A program made the position numbers and the translations under genes. From positions 17,285,990 to 17,349,989 of the forward strand of contig JARFYF010000029.1 in assembly GCA_030265395.1 (NCBI GenBank): a DNA stretch of 64,000 nucleotides, read 5' to 3'. The notes beneath the pieces are model-generated. The model made no database searches. It saw only the letters and a list, made by a program, of their open reading frames with translations, and was not told where the DNA came from. Of the stretch, positions 1 through 11,459 are shown piece by piece (the first letter of the stretch is position 1; each line of letters begins with the position of its first letter). This DNA is from Rhina ancylostomus. Its lineage: Eukaryota.

Positions 1-239
1 CATTGGCATGTACTTTCAGAATAAATGTTGTGTATACGTCAGTTCATTCTTGCAACAATCATGTTGCTGCAGAATTCAGGTATTTTCATTTCCAATGTGA
101 ATTCAGAAAGGGAAACATCTAGTCATCCAATTTAACGTAATTCCAAATAAAAAACTATTCATGAACTTCAGAGCTGTGGAGATTTGGGTGAATCTTAAGA
201 ATGTTCAAGAAATTGCCCAAACGGTAGAAAACAATGGGT

Positions 240-480
240 TGTGGCGACCTACCTTTCACGAACCAGCTCCCAGGATCGCGAGCGTCGTCGGAGGCCCCGA
301 CACAAGATGGCGTGGGGCACTCCTTCTTTGTGGGCTAGTGGAGCCCACGCGTGGGAAGGTCGCGTGACATCAGTGCGGGAATGCTGTTTATTAAAGGGGC
401 TGCACACCCCAGTCGTTCATTTGACTCTTGGACTCCAAACAAGTGTCCCGTGTCTTTATTCAGTGTAGCTAGCCGCTACA
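240..480. mobile_element. LTR of an LTR retrotransposon (Gypsy-like), no internal domain
   Basis: Starts TGTGGCG and ends CGCTACA (TG...CA with short terminal inverted repeat); CpG-rich relative to flanks; its 3' part recurs at 2412-2496. Confidence 0.75.
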
Positions 481-519
481 GTTGCAATATTTAGTTTACA
501 GTGTCCTCCTCAGTTACTA

Positions 520-1140
520 TGAAAATGTATCACATCTCCTTTCCCTATGATAAATTTTGCCTGCCATGTGTCATTTCACCAATTTGTCCATATCTTCCTG
601 AAGTTTATTGTTATCATCCTTACTGTTTGCTGGATCTCTTTGTGAACATACATCTACACCCATGTCTAAACCATTAACAGATCACAGAATCAGCAGTGTT
701 TCTAATATAGATCCAATGGAGAACACCACAATCTACCTTTTCACAGTCCAACTTACACCTCTTCATCATTATTTACTGCCACCTGTTCCTTAGCTTCTTT
801 CAAGTTTACTTCCTGAAGTTTATTAATACCTCAGGGCTGAGTACTGTTTGGTCGTTTGTCAGAAGACTTTATCAGAAATCATTTAACCACACAAGCATCT
901 TTAATATTATCTCATCAAACAATCCAGTAAAGTTTGTGAAGCAGGAACAGCCTTGAACTGAAATGTACTGATTTATATTATTCTAAAAATCTCTTGGCTT
1001 CAACTCAGATTATTGTTTATAAAGGTTTCTCCACTACCAACTTGGGATGACTGGCCTATGATTGTAGGCTTTTATTCTTGTCTGTTTTTTTAAGCAGAGC
1101 TATGACAATTACTGCCCTCCAAATGTAAGGACAATTGGAA
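520..1140 (-). mobile_element. Highly decayed CR1-like LINE fragment
   Basis: Patchy resemblance to the reverse strand of CR1 RT region (e.g. gatccaatggagaacaccac ~ GVPQGS motif); no ORF. Confidence 0.45.
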
Positions 1141-1147
1141 GATTAGA

Positions 1148-1365
1148 GAAATAAAGGACTGCAGATGCTGGAATCTAGTTGAAAAACACTACGATGCTGG
1201 AGGAACTCAGCAGGCCAGGCAGCATACGTGGAGAAAAGCAGGCGGTCAACGTTTCGTGTCAGGACAATCCTGAAGAAGGGTCCTGACCCAAAACATTAAC
1301 AGCCTGCTTTTCTCCTTGGATGCAGCCTGGCCTGCTGAGTTCCTCCAGCATCACAGTGTTTTTTT
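1148..1365. mobile_element. Penelope-derived palindromic (inverted pLTR) element
   Basis: Arms ~1182-1264 and ~1281-1364 are reverse complements (gatgctggaggaactcagcaggccaggc / gcctggcctgctgagttcctccagcatc); same motif ends the Penelope fragment at ~4040-4080. Confidence 0.8.
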
Positions 1366-1589
1366 AATTGGCAGATTGCAAGATGAGCCTTCACTGTTTC
1401 AAGCCTTGGTTCCCTTCTGACACAATCCCATCAACAGCAAAAGATTTCTGCTACAAAGACTCTTGAGCTTCAAAATACATCCAGAAACAGTTACAATATC
1501 TGGAAAATTTAAAAGTGGGGATGTCCACTGATGAGTGCACTATGTTTAATTCTGCAACACCTCAGCATGTGAAACAATCCCTACCTGGA

Positions 1590-2115
1590 TATAGCAAGGC
1601 TGAGATATGGGTTAGGTCAGGCATGGGCTGGTAAGTGGCAAGTAACATACATCGCACAAGATGACCATCTCCAGCAAGAGTCCGAATGCCTACCTACCCT
1701 GACATTCAATAGCATTACCATCATCAAGGCCCCACCACCAAGATCTTGGGAGTCATCATCAACCAAAACCTGAGCTGGACCAGCCACATACATACCGCAA
1801 CTACAAGAGCAAGTCAGAGATTGGGTATCATTCAGCAACTGATTCACCTCCTGACACCACAAGGCCTTTCTGCCATCTACAAGGCACAAACCAGTAGTGT
1901 GATGGAATACTCTCCACTGGCCTGGATAAATGCAGCTCCAGTACAAAGTATCCAACTCATCACCATCCTAAACACTCATTCACTTCATCACTGGTACACC
2001 ATGAATTAACTACAAAATGCACTGCTGTTACTCACTGAAGCTCATCTGACAGCAGCTTCCAAACTCATGATATCTACCACCTAGGAGGACAAGGGCAGAA
2101 ACTGCCACCAGGCAC
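1590..2115 (+). mobile_element. Non-LTR retrotransposon (CR1/L2 group) RT 3' fragment
   Basis: ORF 1746-2009 GVIINQNLSWTSHI...YKAQTSSVMEYSPLAW matches the LINE RT C-terminal pattern LGV.ID..L.W..HI / YK...R..MEY...W. Confidence 0.85.
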
Positions 2116-2125
2116 AGTAGTACGT

Positions 2126-2311
2126 GGGCAGGCGTGGTAGCGTAATGGTTAGCATAGCCCTATTACAGCTCCAATGACCTGAGTTTGATTCTGGCCGCTG
2201 TCTGGAAGGAGTTTGTACGTTCTCTGCATGGGTTTCCTCTGGGTGCTCCGGTTTCCTCCCACACTCCAAAGACATACGGGTTAGGAAGTTGTGGGCATGC
2301 TATGTTGGCAC
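2126..2311 (+). mobile_element. tRNA-derived V-SINE, cut by assembly gap
   Basis: A/B-box-like head (tggtagcgtaatgg...gagtttgattc) followed by V-domain tgggtttcctctgggtgctccggtttcctcccacactccaaagac. Confidence 0.85.
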
Positions 2312-2411
2312 NNNNNNNNNNNNNNNNNNNNNNNNNNNNNNNNNNNNNNNNNNNNNNNNNNNNNNNNNNNNNNNNNNNNNNNNNNNNNNNNNNNNNNNNN
2401 NNNNNNNNNNN

Positions 2412-2496
2412 GGGGCAGCGCACCCCAGTCGTTCATTCGACTCTTGGACTCCAAATGAGTGTCTCGTGTCTTTATTCAGTGTAGCTAGCCACTACA
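2412..2496. mobile_element. 3' part of a second copy of the same LTR (rest lost in gap)
   Basis: Near-identical to ~396-480 (caccccagtcgttcatt...ctttattcagtgtagctagcc.ctaca). Confidence 0.8.
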
Positions 2497-2689
2497 GGGT
2501 ACTTGCTAGAGAATTTATATCAAGATTGGGATGAGGAAAATTCCTAATTTGAACACATGGATTTCCAAATCACTGGCACAGTTTCAGAAGTTCAATGGGA
2601 AGTGTTCATACTTGCAGCTAAAATCCAATTTTGAAGATCAGTGGATCTAGAGAAGGAAAAGTGGAAGTTTTCAATGCATTTGCAGTATG

Positions 2690-3330
2690 TGAGCCATGCT
2701 GCTAATTGTCTTTCTCTGACTGGCTTTAAGAAAGTGGCAGTGAGCTGCTTTCTCAAACCACTACAGTTATTCTCATGACGATTCTCCCACAAAGTTTTTG
2801 GGTTGGAAATTCCAGAAGTTAGGTCCAGCAAAAATGAAGGAAAAGTGATAAATTGCAAAGGCAGGATGTTGTGCTACTTGGAGGGGAATCTGAAAATGAT
2901 GGCATTCTTAAGCACCTGCTGCTCTGGAGTTTCATGCTGGTAGAGATCATAGATTTGAAAGGTACCACTGGAGTAATCTTGGCAGGTAACTGCAGTGTAT
3001 TCAGTAAATGGTACACTTTCCAGCCACAGTCTGCTGGTGGTGAATAGGGTGCCAGTCAAGCAGGTTGCTTTATCCTGGATAGTGTCAAGTTTCTTGAGTA
3101 TTGTTGGAGTTGAACTCATCCAGGCAAGTGGCAGGTATTCCATCATGTTCCTGATTTATGCCTTGGAGCCAGTGAAGAGTATTTGAAGTGTCACAAAACA
3201 CACACCCTTTGACCTGCTCTCCAGCCATAGTATCTGTGTGACTAGTGCAAATAAGTTTCTTATCAATGGTGACCCCAAGACATTGATGGTCATGTCTTGA
3301 TGATGCAAATGTCATTGAATGTGGAAGGCA
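2690..3330 (-). mobile_element. LINE RT 3' fragment, same family as 1590-2115
   Basis: Minus ORFs MMEYLPLAWMSSTPTILKKLDTIQDKA and LGVTIDKKLICTSH. Confidence 0.85.
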
Positions 3331-3389
3331 AGATTGGAGATTGTCATTGCCAGTCTTATGTGTGGCAGATATAATACTTTTCCTTATCA

Positions 3390-4110
3390 GCCAGTACCTG
3401 ACTGTTTCAACCATAGGCGATACAACACCTGCCATTTTACCTCCTACTTTCCTACTCACTGGGATCTCAATCTTTCAAGTCAAACTGTGATTTATTTGTC
3501 CTTTCAATTTAGTATGCTGTATTTGCTGCTCATGATTTGATCTCCTCTGCAATGAATGGTTCACAATTTGGCAAAACACCTCCATTTAGCATGATCCTAA
3601 TCTTTCAGTTGCTTGAGATTTTAATTTCTGTTCTGCTCCTTCACTCTCCTTGACTCCTATATTGCTTCATGAAGCTTAACATAAGCTCAAGGAACAATAC
3701 GTCATCTTCTGACCATATTTATTGCGGCCTTCTGGCCTCAACATTGAGTTTATCAACCTCAGATAATCAACACTTCCAGCTTTTTATATTTCAGATTTAC
3801 AGCATTCACATTTTTGAATTTTGGTAATTTGGTTAACTATTCTTCTTCCTCTAATTTACATCTCCTCCAAACAGACCTTCTGTCCCTTCACTTATCCCAT
3901 TACCACCATTGTTTTTCTTGTGCAGTCATTCCCCCGTAATTTAATCTCTCTCTTCCCTACCAGAGATCCTTCCCATCTTCTCTCCTCCCCACCCCCACCA
4001 ACTTTCTTAGCATCGTGAAACCTCTCTCTATCGTCCGCAGATGCTGCCTGGCCTGCTGAGTTTCCCAGAATTTGCTGATTTTGCTTCAAATTTTCAGAAT
4101 CCACAATATT
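3390..4110 (+). mobile_element. Penelope-like retroelement 3' end (decayed GIY-YIG endonuclease plus terminal repeat)
   Basis: Broken translation KLKEQYVIF*...LRPSGLNIEFINLR* near 3684-3766 resembles the Penelope endonuclease C-terminus; terminal motif cagatgctgcctggcctgctgag at ~4038. Confidence 0.75.
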
Positions 4111-5289
4111 TTATTCTTATGATAGAATTTCCCAGGATGCTCTGGCAGGATTTAATCAGAACAATACAATTTTTTTTCGCTTCAGCTCTTATGCTATCTG
4201 TTGAATAATGTTATTCAAGCTAAAGAAACTTTCGGAACCTTTATTCAGTTGAATTTCTGTTGAGAATCTTCGAGGCCAGCAAGCTCACTGTGTGAGAGGA
4301 AACAGACCAGATATGACAGTCATTTACACAATTGTTCCTGCACTAATGTTCATTTATAAATATTTTGATCATTTATTTTACCAAGCAAAAGTCATGCTCT
4401 TGTGGAGAACAGCATTTTGCTTGTCTTTGGTGCTATTTGATGAGATTATAAATTTGAGTAGGTTTTCAGCTGAACTTTTAAATGAAAAATATTAACTTCA
4501 TTTTTAACTGCATGAAGTGTCAGGTTGAGAGAAACAGTGTCCCATTGTCTGCAGTTAATCATGATGTGAGAATTGTTTATACAGCTGTTATAAGTGAATG
4601 AAATGCTAATTATTAGCTGTTGAGTGGAAAATGCCACCAACTGTTTAAGAGGTTTTATGTGTATTATCTGATAATATATAGCATTTTGTTGTCTGATTTT
4701 AATGAAAATTCTCTGCCCCTAATTTGTCAAATAAATAATGTTCTGAGTTAATTTCTCTATGATTGTGAGTGAAAAGAAGATTACTTTGCAAAAGATTTTT
4801 GATTGCTGACCTTGTTCCTTCTGGCACAATTGATGTAAATTTGATTGTGTTTTGCAGTCCTTAATTGGTATTTTATCATAATGTTGTTATAGTAAGATTT
4901 TATTTGTATGGTGGCTTTAATTACTATTTCAGAGAGAAAGTGCTCCAGAATGGAATATACATTTATTTATTTATCCACTTGTCTTACAACACACACATTC
5001 CTCCAGGACTTAATTCTAAGTAGTTGCAATGATGAATTGGAAATGTAGGAATTAGCTCTTCCAGACTAGAAGTCTATAAATAAGATTACTCCATGTGCTG
5101 TTCCTCACTACCCAAACTCAAGATTCCCCTTTCACTGGACTGCACAGGACAACTCTCCTACTCCCTGCCCCCTTCTCTGTGGGATTTTGAATCCCAGCTT
5201 TGCCTCTGTTGCAAAACTACAGGACCTCATTCCTTGCTGCCAAATACTTCCAGTAGGGTTGAACTTTCAAGAGGTGAGGAAGGAAATTT

Positions 5290-6230
5290 GATGGCGATGT
5301 TCCCAGGGACCAGTGCAGGCACTAGCACTGTTCCTGAAATATATTAATGACTCGGACTGGGGTGCACAAGAGGCATTATGCAGATGACACATATCTTGGC
5401 ATGAGCTCAGTGACAGACTGGTTTAATGGGCACACATACAGCATATCAAATTTAACACAGGAAAGCAGATTTGTGTGGAAAGAACAAAAAGGAAACAATT
5501 AAGAGTTCATTTCTAAAGGGGTTGCAGGAAAAGAGGAATCTGGGTGTACATGCACATATGTATGTGAAGGTGACAGAACAGAGAAAGGATAAAAAAAGCA
5601 TCTAGCATAAAATACCTAAGCAATCATAGACAAAGTTACGATGAACTTCTCTGGAATCTGGTTTATCCATAACTTGAATATTGCTCACTGAAATTTGAGA
5701 AGGATAATCAAACTGTAGGTGAAGAAAAAAATTGACCAGAGGACAGTCCTAGGGAAAGGAGCTAGGACTGTTCTCCTTGGAGTGGAGACAGTTGAGGTGA
5801 GATGTAATAGGGGTATTAGAAAAATGTTAAAATAATAAAGGATATGGACAAAGTAATTAGTGAGAGACTGGTTGGATGGTCCAGAATCAGATGTTAAGAT
5901 AATTGGAAAAGGAACCAAAAGTGACATGAGGTAATACTTTTTATTTAGACAGTGAGCAGTTCAAAGATCAGAGAACACAGATGAGTAGTCACAGAGAGTG
6001 TGAGGAATTTTTTTTTACACAGAATTGTTATGGTCCAAGATGACTGTTTGTAAAGTTGGTGGAAACAATTAGATCTTTCTGAAAGGAATTAAATAGATAC
6101 AGGAGGGAAAGCAATTTACCAGCTTTGTGGAGTGAATGGGGGTGGTAAATGGGACTGAACAGATTGTACTACAAGCAACCAGCATGGAATTGGCCTCCTC
6201 CTGTGCTACAATGGTTCTATGATTCTGAAT
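5290..6230 (+). mobile_element. Decayed CR1 LINE 3' region
   Basis: YADDT-like tatgcagatgacaca at ~5378; CR1 3' end ggcctcctcctgtgct...ttctatgattct at ~6192-6226. Confidence 0.75.
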
Positions 6231-6360
6231 CGTTTAAAAAAATAGTCTAAATATCATGGCATCACCTTTACATGCAAGGCGGGGCTCAGAAGGTTTTTCT
6301 ACCTTGAACATTCAGCATTGTTTTGATCCTTCTGTATCCTTTATAACTCAGGCATATTAA

Positions 6361-8295
6361 AAGGGCTAGACTTGGAAATTACTGGGAGATGGCCCCAGTA
6401 CCTGTGGAACCAAATATGCAAGGGGGCAGTGCTGTGATAATCATATTTATCGACTGTTGTAAACAGCAAGGGCACAGCTGATCACTGAAATCATCCATTC
6501 AGCAATGTATTTTTGACATCACGACCTTAACTTCACCATCAGTCCGGTGATGTTGGAATGCAACACATATATTTCCCCTCCCTGATTGTGCCAATATCAA
6601 GACCTGAAGGAGAACTCAGCATGGCATATGTGTACATAGTTCTAATCTGCATGAAAATCAGTAAACATACTCCTTTAATGCAGTCAACTTCCCTTCAGTT
6701 AATTTACCTTGGAAGGCAAGATAAACATTCCCAGATTGTAAATTCTAAATCTCTTTCCTTGAGAGAGGAAGCAGAATCTTGTTTTGATGGGGGGGTGGAA
6801 ATGATAGTTGCTAACATAGGCAACAAACAAATGGAAATAAATATCAATTGAAACAAAGAATATTTAGGATTTAGGAATGTATCCACCCATTCTTTTTAAG
6901 ATGTATAAACGTCACCCTATATTTGAGGAGAAGAAACCCAAAATACTGACCAATGGGTGAACGTTACCACTGACAATTCTCCACAACATGTTCCTAATTT
7001 ATTACACCATGCTTTCTGTCTTTTATCTAATTTATTATCCTCACCAGCTTGCTCGGTTTAATATAATGTTCATCAATAAGCTTCCGACACAGAAATTCAT
7101 TAAACATTTTTTCCACATGCAGTTACACAAAGAATCATGACAGCAGTGGGAGAATTGTGTGACCACTTGTTGCAATACTTTGTGAGTAATTAAGAATGGA
7201 TACCAACTCCATGAGGCATCAAAGCATCTTCCCTTTTATCACTCTGCTCAAAATATTGGTTATTTCTTACTTCATAGTGCTTGGGTGTTTTAAAAAGACA
7301 AATCTGTAAAATTATTTTTGGTGGTCAGACACCTAACCAACAGGAAGTGCCTATTTAGGAAATGAAGGTGGCTTTTGAGGACATGAGATGGCAAATATAA
7401 AGGTGATCAATCAGAAGTGAATAATGATTTGAGGAATAAAAATCTAAAGGCTTTATGGGACAGGGAATCAGACTGAATGGTCCCAGGACCGATGAGGAAA
7501 GATGTTTACTTTCTGGGCTATAAAATTCAATGATAGTATAGAATAGACTTTTACAGAACAGTATTCCGCTTTACAGAATCGCATCTGTCTCTGGTCAACC
7601 AAAGACAGGGAAATGTGAAGAAAGCACACTAAATCAATTGCAATTAAAAGCCCTGTGTTTCTGTATTTTAATTCTATTTTATTGTTGCTAATGTTAGCAA
7701 TTATCATTGAAATTTAGAATTTACAATCTGGGAATATTCATCTTGCTTTACCAGGTAAATTAAGGGAAGTTTACTGCATAAAAGGAGAATGTTTACTTAG
7801 GTTTACTGATTTTCTTGCAAATCAGAACTATACAGGAATGGATACACTTACGTCATGCTGATTTCTTCTTTAGTTTTTGATATTGGCATAATCAGATGGG
7901 GAGAAAATAGATGTGGTGTGCTTTTTCCACATGACCATGATGGGGAAGTTGTTAAAGTAGCAATGACAAACATTTCTGAATGGATGATGTCAGTGATCAG
8001 GNNNNNNNNNNNNNNNNNNNNNNNNNNNNNNNNNNNNNNNNNNNNNNNNNNNNNNNNNNNNNNNNNNNNNNNNNNNNNNNNNNNNNNNNNNNNNNNNNNN
8101 NGGCCTCAGTACCTGTGAAAGCAAATTTGCAAGGATGCAGATACCACAGTTGTGTTGTCATATTTATTGACTTTTCTATCCAACGGTGTTGGGTAGAGAA
8201 GTCAATAAATATGATTATCACAGCACTGCCACCCTTGCAAATTTGCTTCCACAGGTACTGGGCCCATCTCCCAGTAATTTCCAAGTCTACCCCTT
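6361..8295. mobile_element. Non-autonomous foldback DNA transposon with very long imperfect inverted arms, TTAA-flanked (Kolobok-like termini)
   Basis: 6361-6455 is the reverse complement of 8200-8295; 6476-6870 pairs with ~7650-8001; TTAA at 6357-6360 and 8296-8299. Confidence 0.75.
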
Positions 8296-9084
8296 TTAAC
8301 ATAGCTGAGCTACGAAGGAGACAGGAGGATCAGAACAATGCTGGACAATCAAGGTGGAAAATCTTTCCGAGTCCCTCCTTACTTGTCAAGGTGGCAGCAT
8401 CATTTTTAGGCCAGGTCAATGACGAACTGAAAAGAAGATGTGCCTCAATGCAGTGCTCCACTGCTGTTGTAATCACAGTGGCATCATTACTGTGGGAAAG
8501 GGATTGTTGTTTCACAAGGCAACTACCGATGAAATCTTCCGAGTAAAGTTCAAAGAGTTATTTCACTTAAATTTTAATGATTAGAAACCTACATTAACAT
8601 GCTGAATCCATTGCACATTGTCGCAATCTGTACATTCATGGAATAGAAGTCCTTTCTGCTGAGAAAGTTAGTTCCATAAACAGTCATTGATCTCACTGTA
8701 AGTACTAGCAGACTGTCCATCTGTGGAAAGTGTTACAGCCAAGCCTAGGACTGAACTTACTCAGTGCCTACATTTGTACAGGCATGCTGAGTGACATCCA
8801 CTTCCAGTGGGACAATCAGTGCACATAGAAGAAAGCAAGACTGACTTGTATACATTTTACAAGCTAAGGTCATCTGGAATTCATGTATGGCCAGTATTTT
8901 AATATGGAGCTGAAGCCAATTTGTGCAGCACCACCCAGTCCCACGAATGACAGTCACCAAATGTATCTGTTCTTGTGATTTTTGATTGAAAGATAAATCC
9001 TGATTGGCAGACCTGGTCATCACATTTTTTTCTTTCAACCAGTCCACGAGATCTGTTCTCTCTTCATAAGTAGCTATGCTAAGC

Positions 9085-9240
9085 CTCAATTGAACACCTT
9101 GTTTGGAAGGCTGTACCCATTAAAGTACTGCACTGGATTATTACTTGAGATTTTTGTGCCCAAGGCTTTGGTGTAGGACTTGAACCCACAGCCTTCTGAG
9201 TCAGAGATGACGTTATTATCAACTGGGTCTCAGCTGACAC
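9085..9240 (-). mobile_element. Deu-domain SINE (SacSINE1-like) 5' fragment
   Basis: gtactgcactgg...ggacttgaacccacagccttctgagtcagag...cagctgacac is the reverse of the tRNA-derived head of shark DeuSINEs. Confidence 0.75.
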
Positions 9241-10493
9241 AAGGAAGTTTTGCTTTACAGTTTCATTTTGCTGTCTCTGTAGTGACCTTACCTCTGCAAC
9301 AGCTTTGGATTTATTGTGTTGCACTGAGTCATGTCTCTCTTTCAGCCTCCTCTTACCCCACCCTGTTTCTGGAATGTAGCTGACCAAAGGAGTAATGCAG
9401 GACTGATTTTGCAATTACTTCTTTTGCTGCAATCTAAAGCAAAAATGATCTATATGAAATGCCATCAGTTATCCTGCCTTCACCACAGTTGAATCAAGAT
9501 TAATGTATGGCTGATCCAAGGATAGCATTCCAATGTATAAAATCATTTCCTGTTCACTCCTAGTCCAAAGATGCCTGATCCAGTCAGTGCATTCATAATA
9601 GTCTTGCTCTGTCCAGATATGTCTCCCCTGATATCAGTCTTAATTACATAGCTTAATTGAACACCGTCAGCACTGCATATTGATCACTTATCTTTCCTTT
9701 TTGAATGATTCTTAAACTTTGATTTTAAAATGGAAGGAAACTTCATTAATTCGAGAATCAGTTATAGTATTGCTAAGGTACAAATATTACAATTTTGTAT
9801 ATTCAATGATTACAAAATACTGATCCAAAATAACATATCTAGCCAAACATGTAGGCATTTATCACAATTCACATGTAGCAAAAAAGCACTTCAATGTACA
9901 TCTGACTGAATTTGGAGTTTTTATAAGACTGTTTTTGGAGTCATTGCTTAGTTATTGTTGGCCCAGACCACACTCTGGAGGAGTGAGATACTGAGGAGAT
10001 ATTACTGGCCTTGAGTGACTAAGGGTACACAGTTTAATAATAAAGTTCCCCTAAACATGTTCCTTCCCACACCATCTTCTCATCTTGCATGCATTTTGTT
10101 TTTGTTTTATTTCGCTTAAAGCCTTTCAACAGCTGCAGTGACCAGCAATGAGCATAAATATTTATTCAAGTGAAATTCCAGAGGTACATTACTGAAATTT
10201 TATTTGTTACATGTATATTAAACTGTTTAACAGTTTGTGTACTTTTAGTGCAAATAATTATCCGTTAATCATTGTTGTTACCAAACAGAACCACAGACGA
10301 GATATATTGATATTTTAATCTGCAGAAGCAAAGTGCAAATTGGATATCTGCATTTAATTGCACTTGCAGATGCATCATGTTGGAGAATATATTCAGTGCT
10401 CATTTACACCTCTATTAATTCATTACCAATGATGGGCTTTAACTCACCATACCAGGATGTGAGGTTGAGACTGTAACTGCAAAAAGCCACATA

Positions 10494-10779
10494 CAGGCCG
10501 TCCCCAGGTTAAGAATGCTCAATTTATGGATAACCCCTGCAAAAGTCTGAAGTACAGACATAAGTTCATTCCTACAAATGGTAGAACTAGTTTCCTCTCT
10601 CCTTCCACTTTAGTCATTGTTCTTATCAGTTTTATGTGTTTTTGATGCCATTCATTACAATCCTGTGAAGGTATGGTTACCACATTGAGTGATTTTTGTG
10701 TATGTTCTGACTTTTTGGACAAAATTGACTTATGGACATCTGTAAAAATGGAACCACCTTGTTACCTGGGGACTGTCCG
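10494..10779. mobile_element. Tc1/mariner (Tigger/pogo-like) MITE
   Basis: TA|CAGGCCGTCCCCAGGTTA ... TTACCTGGGGACTGTCCG|TA: terminal inverted repeats with TA duplication. Confidence 0.85.
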
Positions 10780-11459
10780 TATGTGGAGATAAAAGGAAAT
10801 GTCACATCCTTGGTCTGAGTTAGGCAGTTATGCAATTTGTTGGCATACAGCAGACATTTAGGACAGAGTAAGTGGTGTTGTACATGATCTATATGTACTT
10901 GATTCTGGGAACCGGTTAAATTTTTGCTCATCACAGAAAGAATAATGTGATGTATTAGCACCAGGTGTAAACAGGTCATTTGCAAAATTGGTTACATGTA
11001 TCACAAGACTTCTAGTATTTTGTATGCTGTACACTAACTAAGTGCATCAAAGAAAATGCGAAATACAAAGATATTTGGGAAAACATTAAATACTACAGGG
11101 AACAAGCAAAAAAATAACAGTTGCATTTTAATAATCTGCATAATTATGTGATTAATTAAAGATTATATATCTGTGATAAAATAAATGAATTTGATCAGAA
11201 ACACAGAGAGGAACCTAGCTAGTGCAAAATTAAATTAAACAAATTTAAAACATACAAGAGAATTGGGATTACTGCTACTTAGTAGACTAAAAGATAAATG
11301 CCAGATTTGAGGTCTTGATCTTCAAGTTCTCTTTTCCTGGCCAAAGGCTTTGCTAGTTCATTTAAACAAAATTGAATTCAGTCATCAGTGTCTGCCTTTG
11401 CTATAAGATGGCTGCTGAGATATGGAAAGTGATTCATATTTTCCCTGGTTTTTAATGTT

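Noticed and set aside
2126-2200. tRNA gene
   Set aside because: A/B-box-like head continues into a V-SINE body and no full cloverleaf is evident; the same holds for 14200-14279 and 62450-62528.
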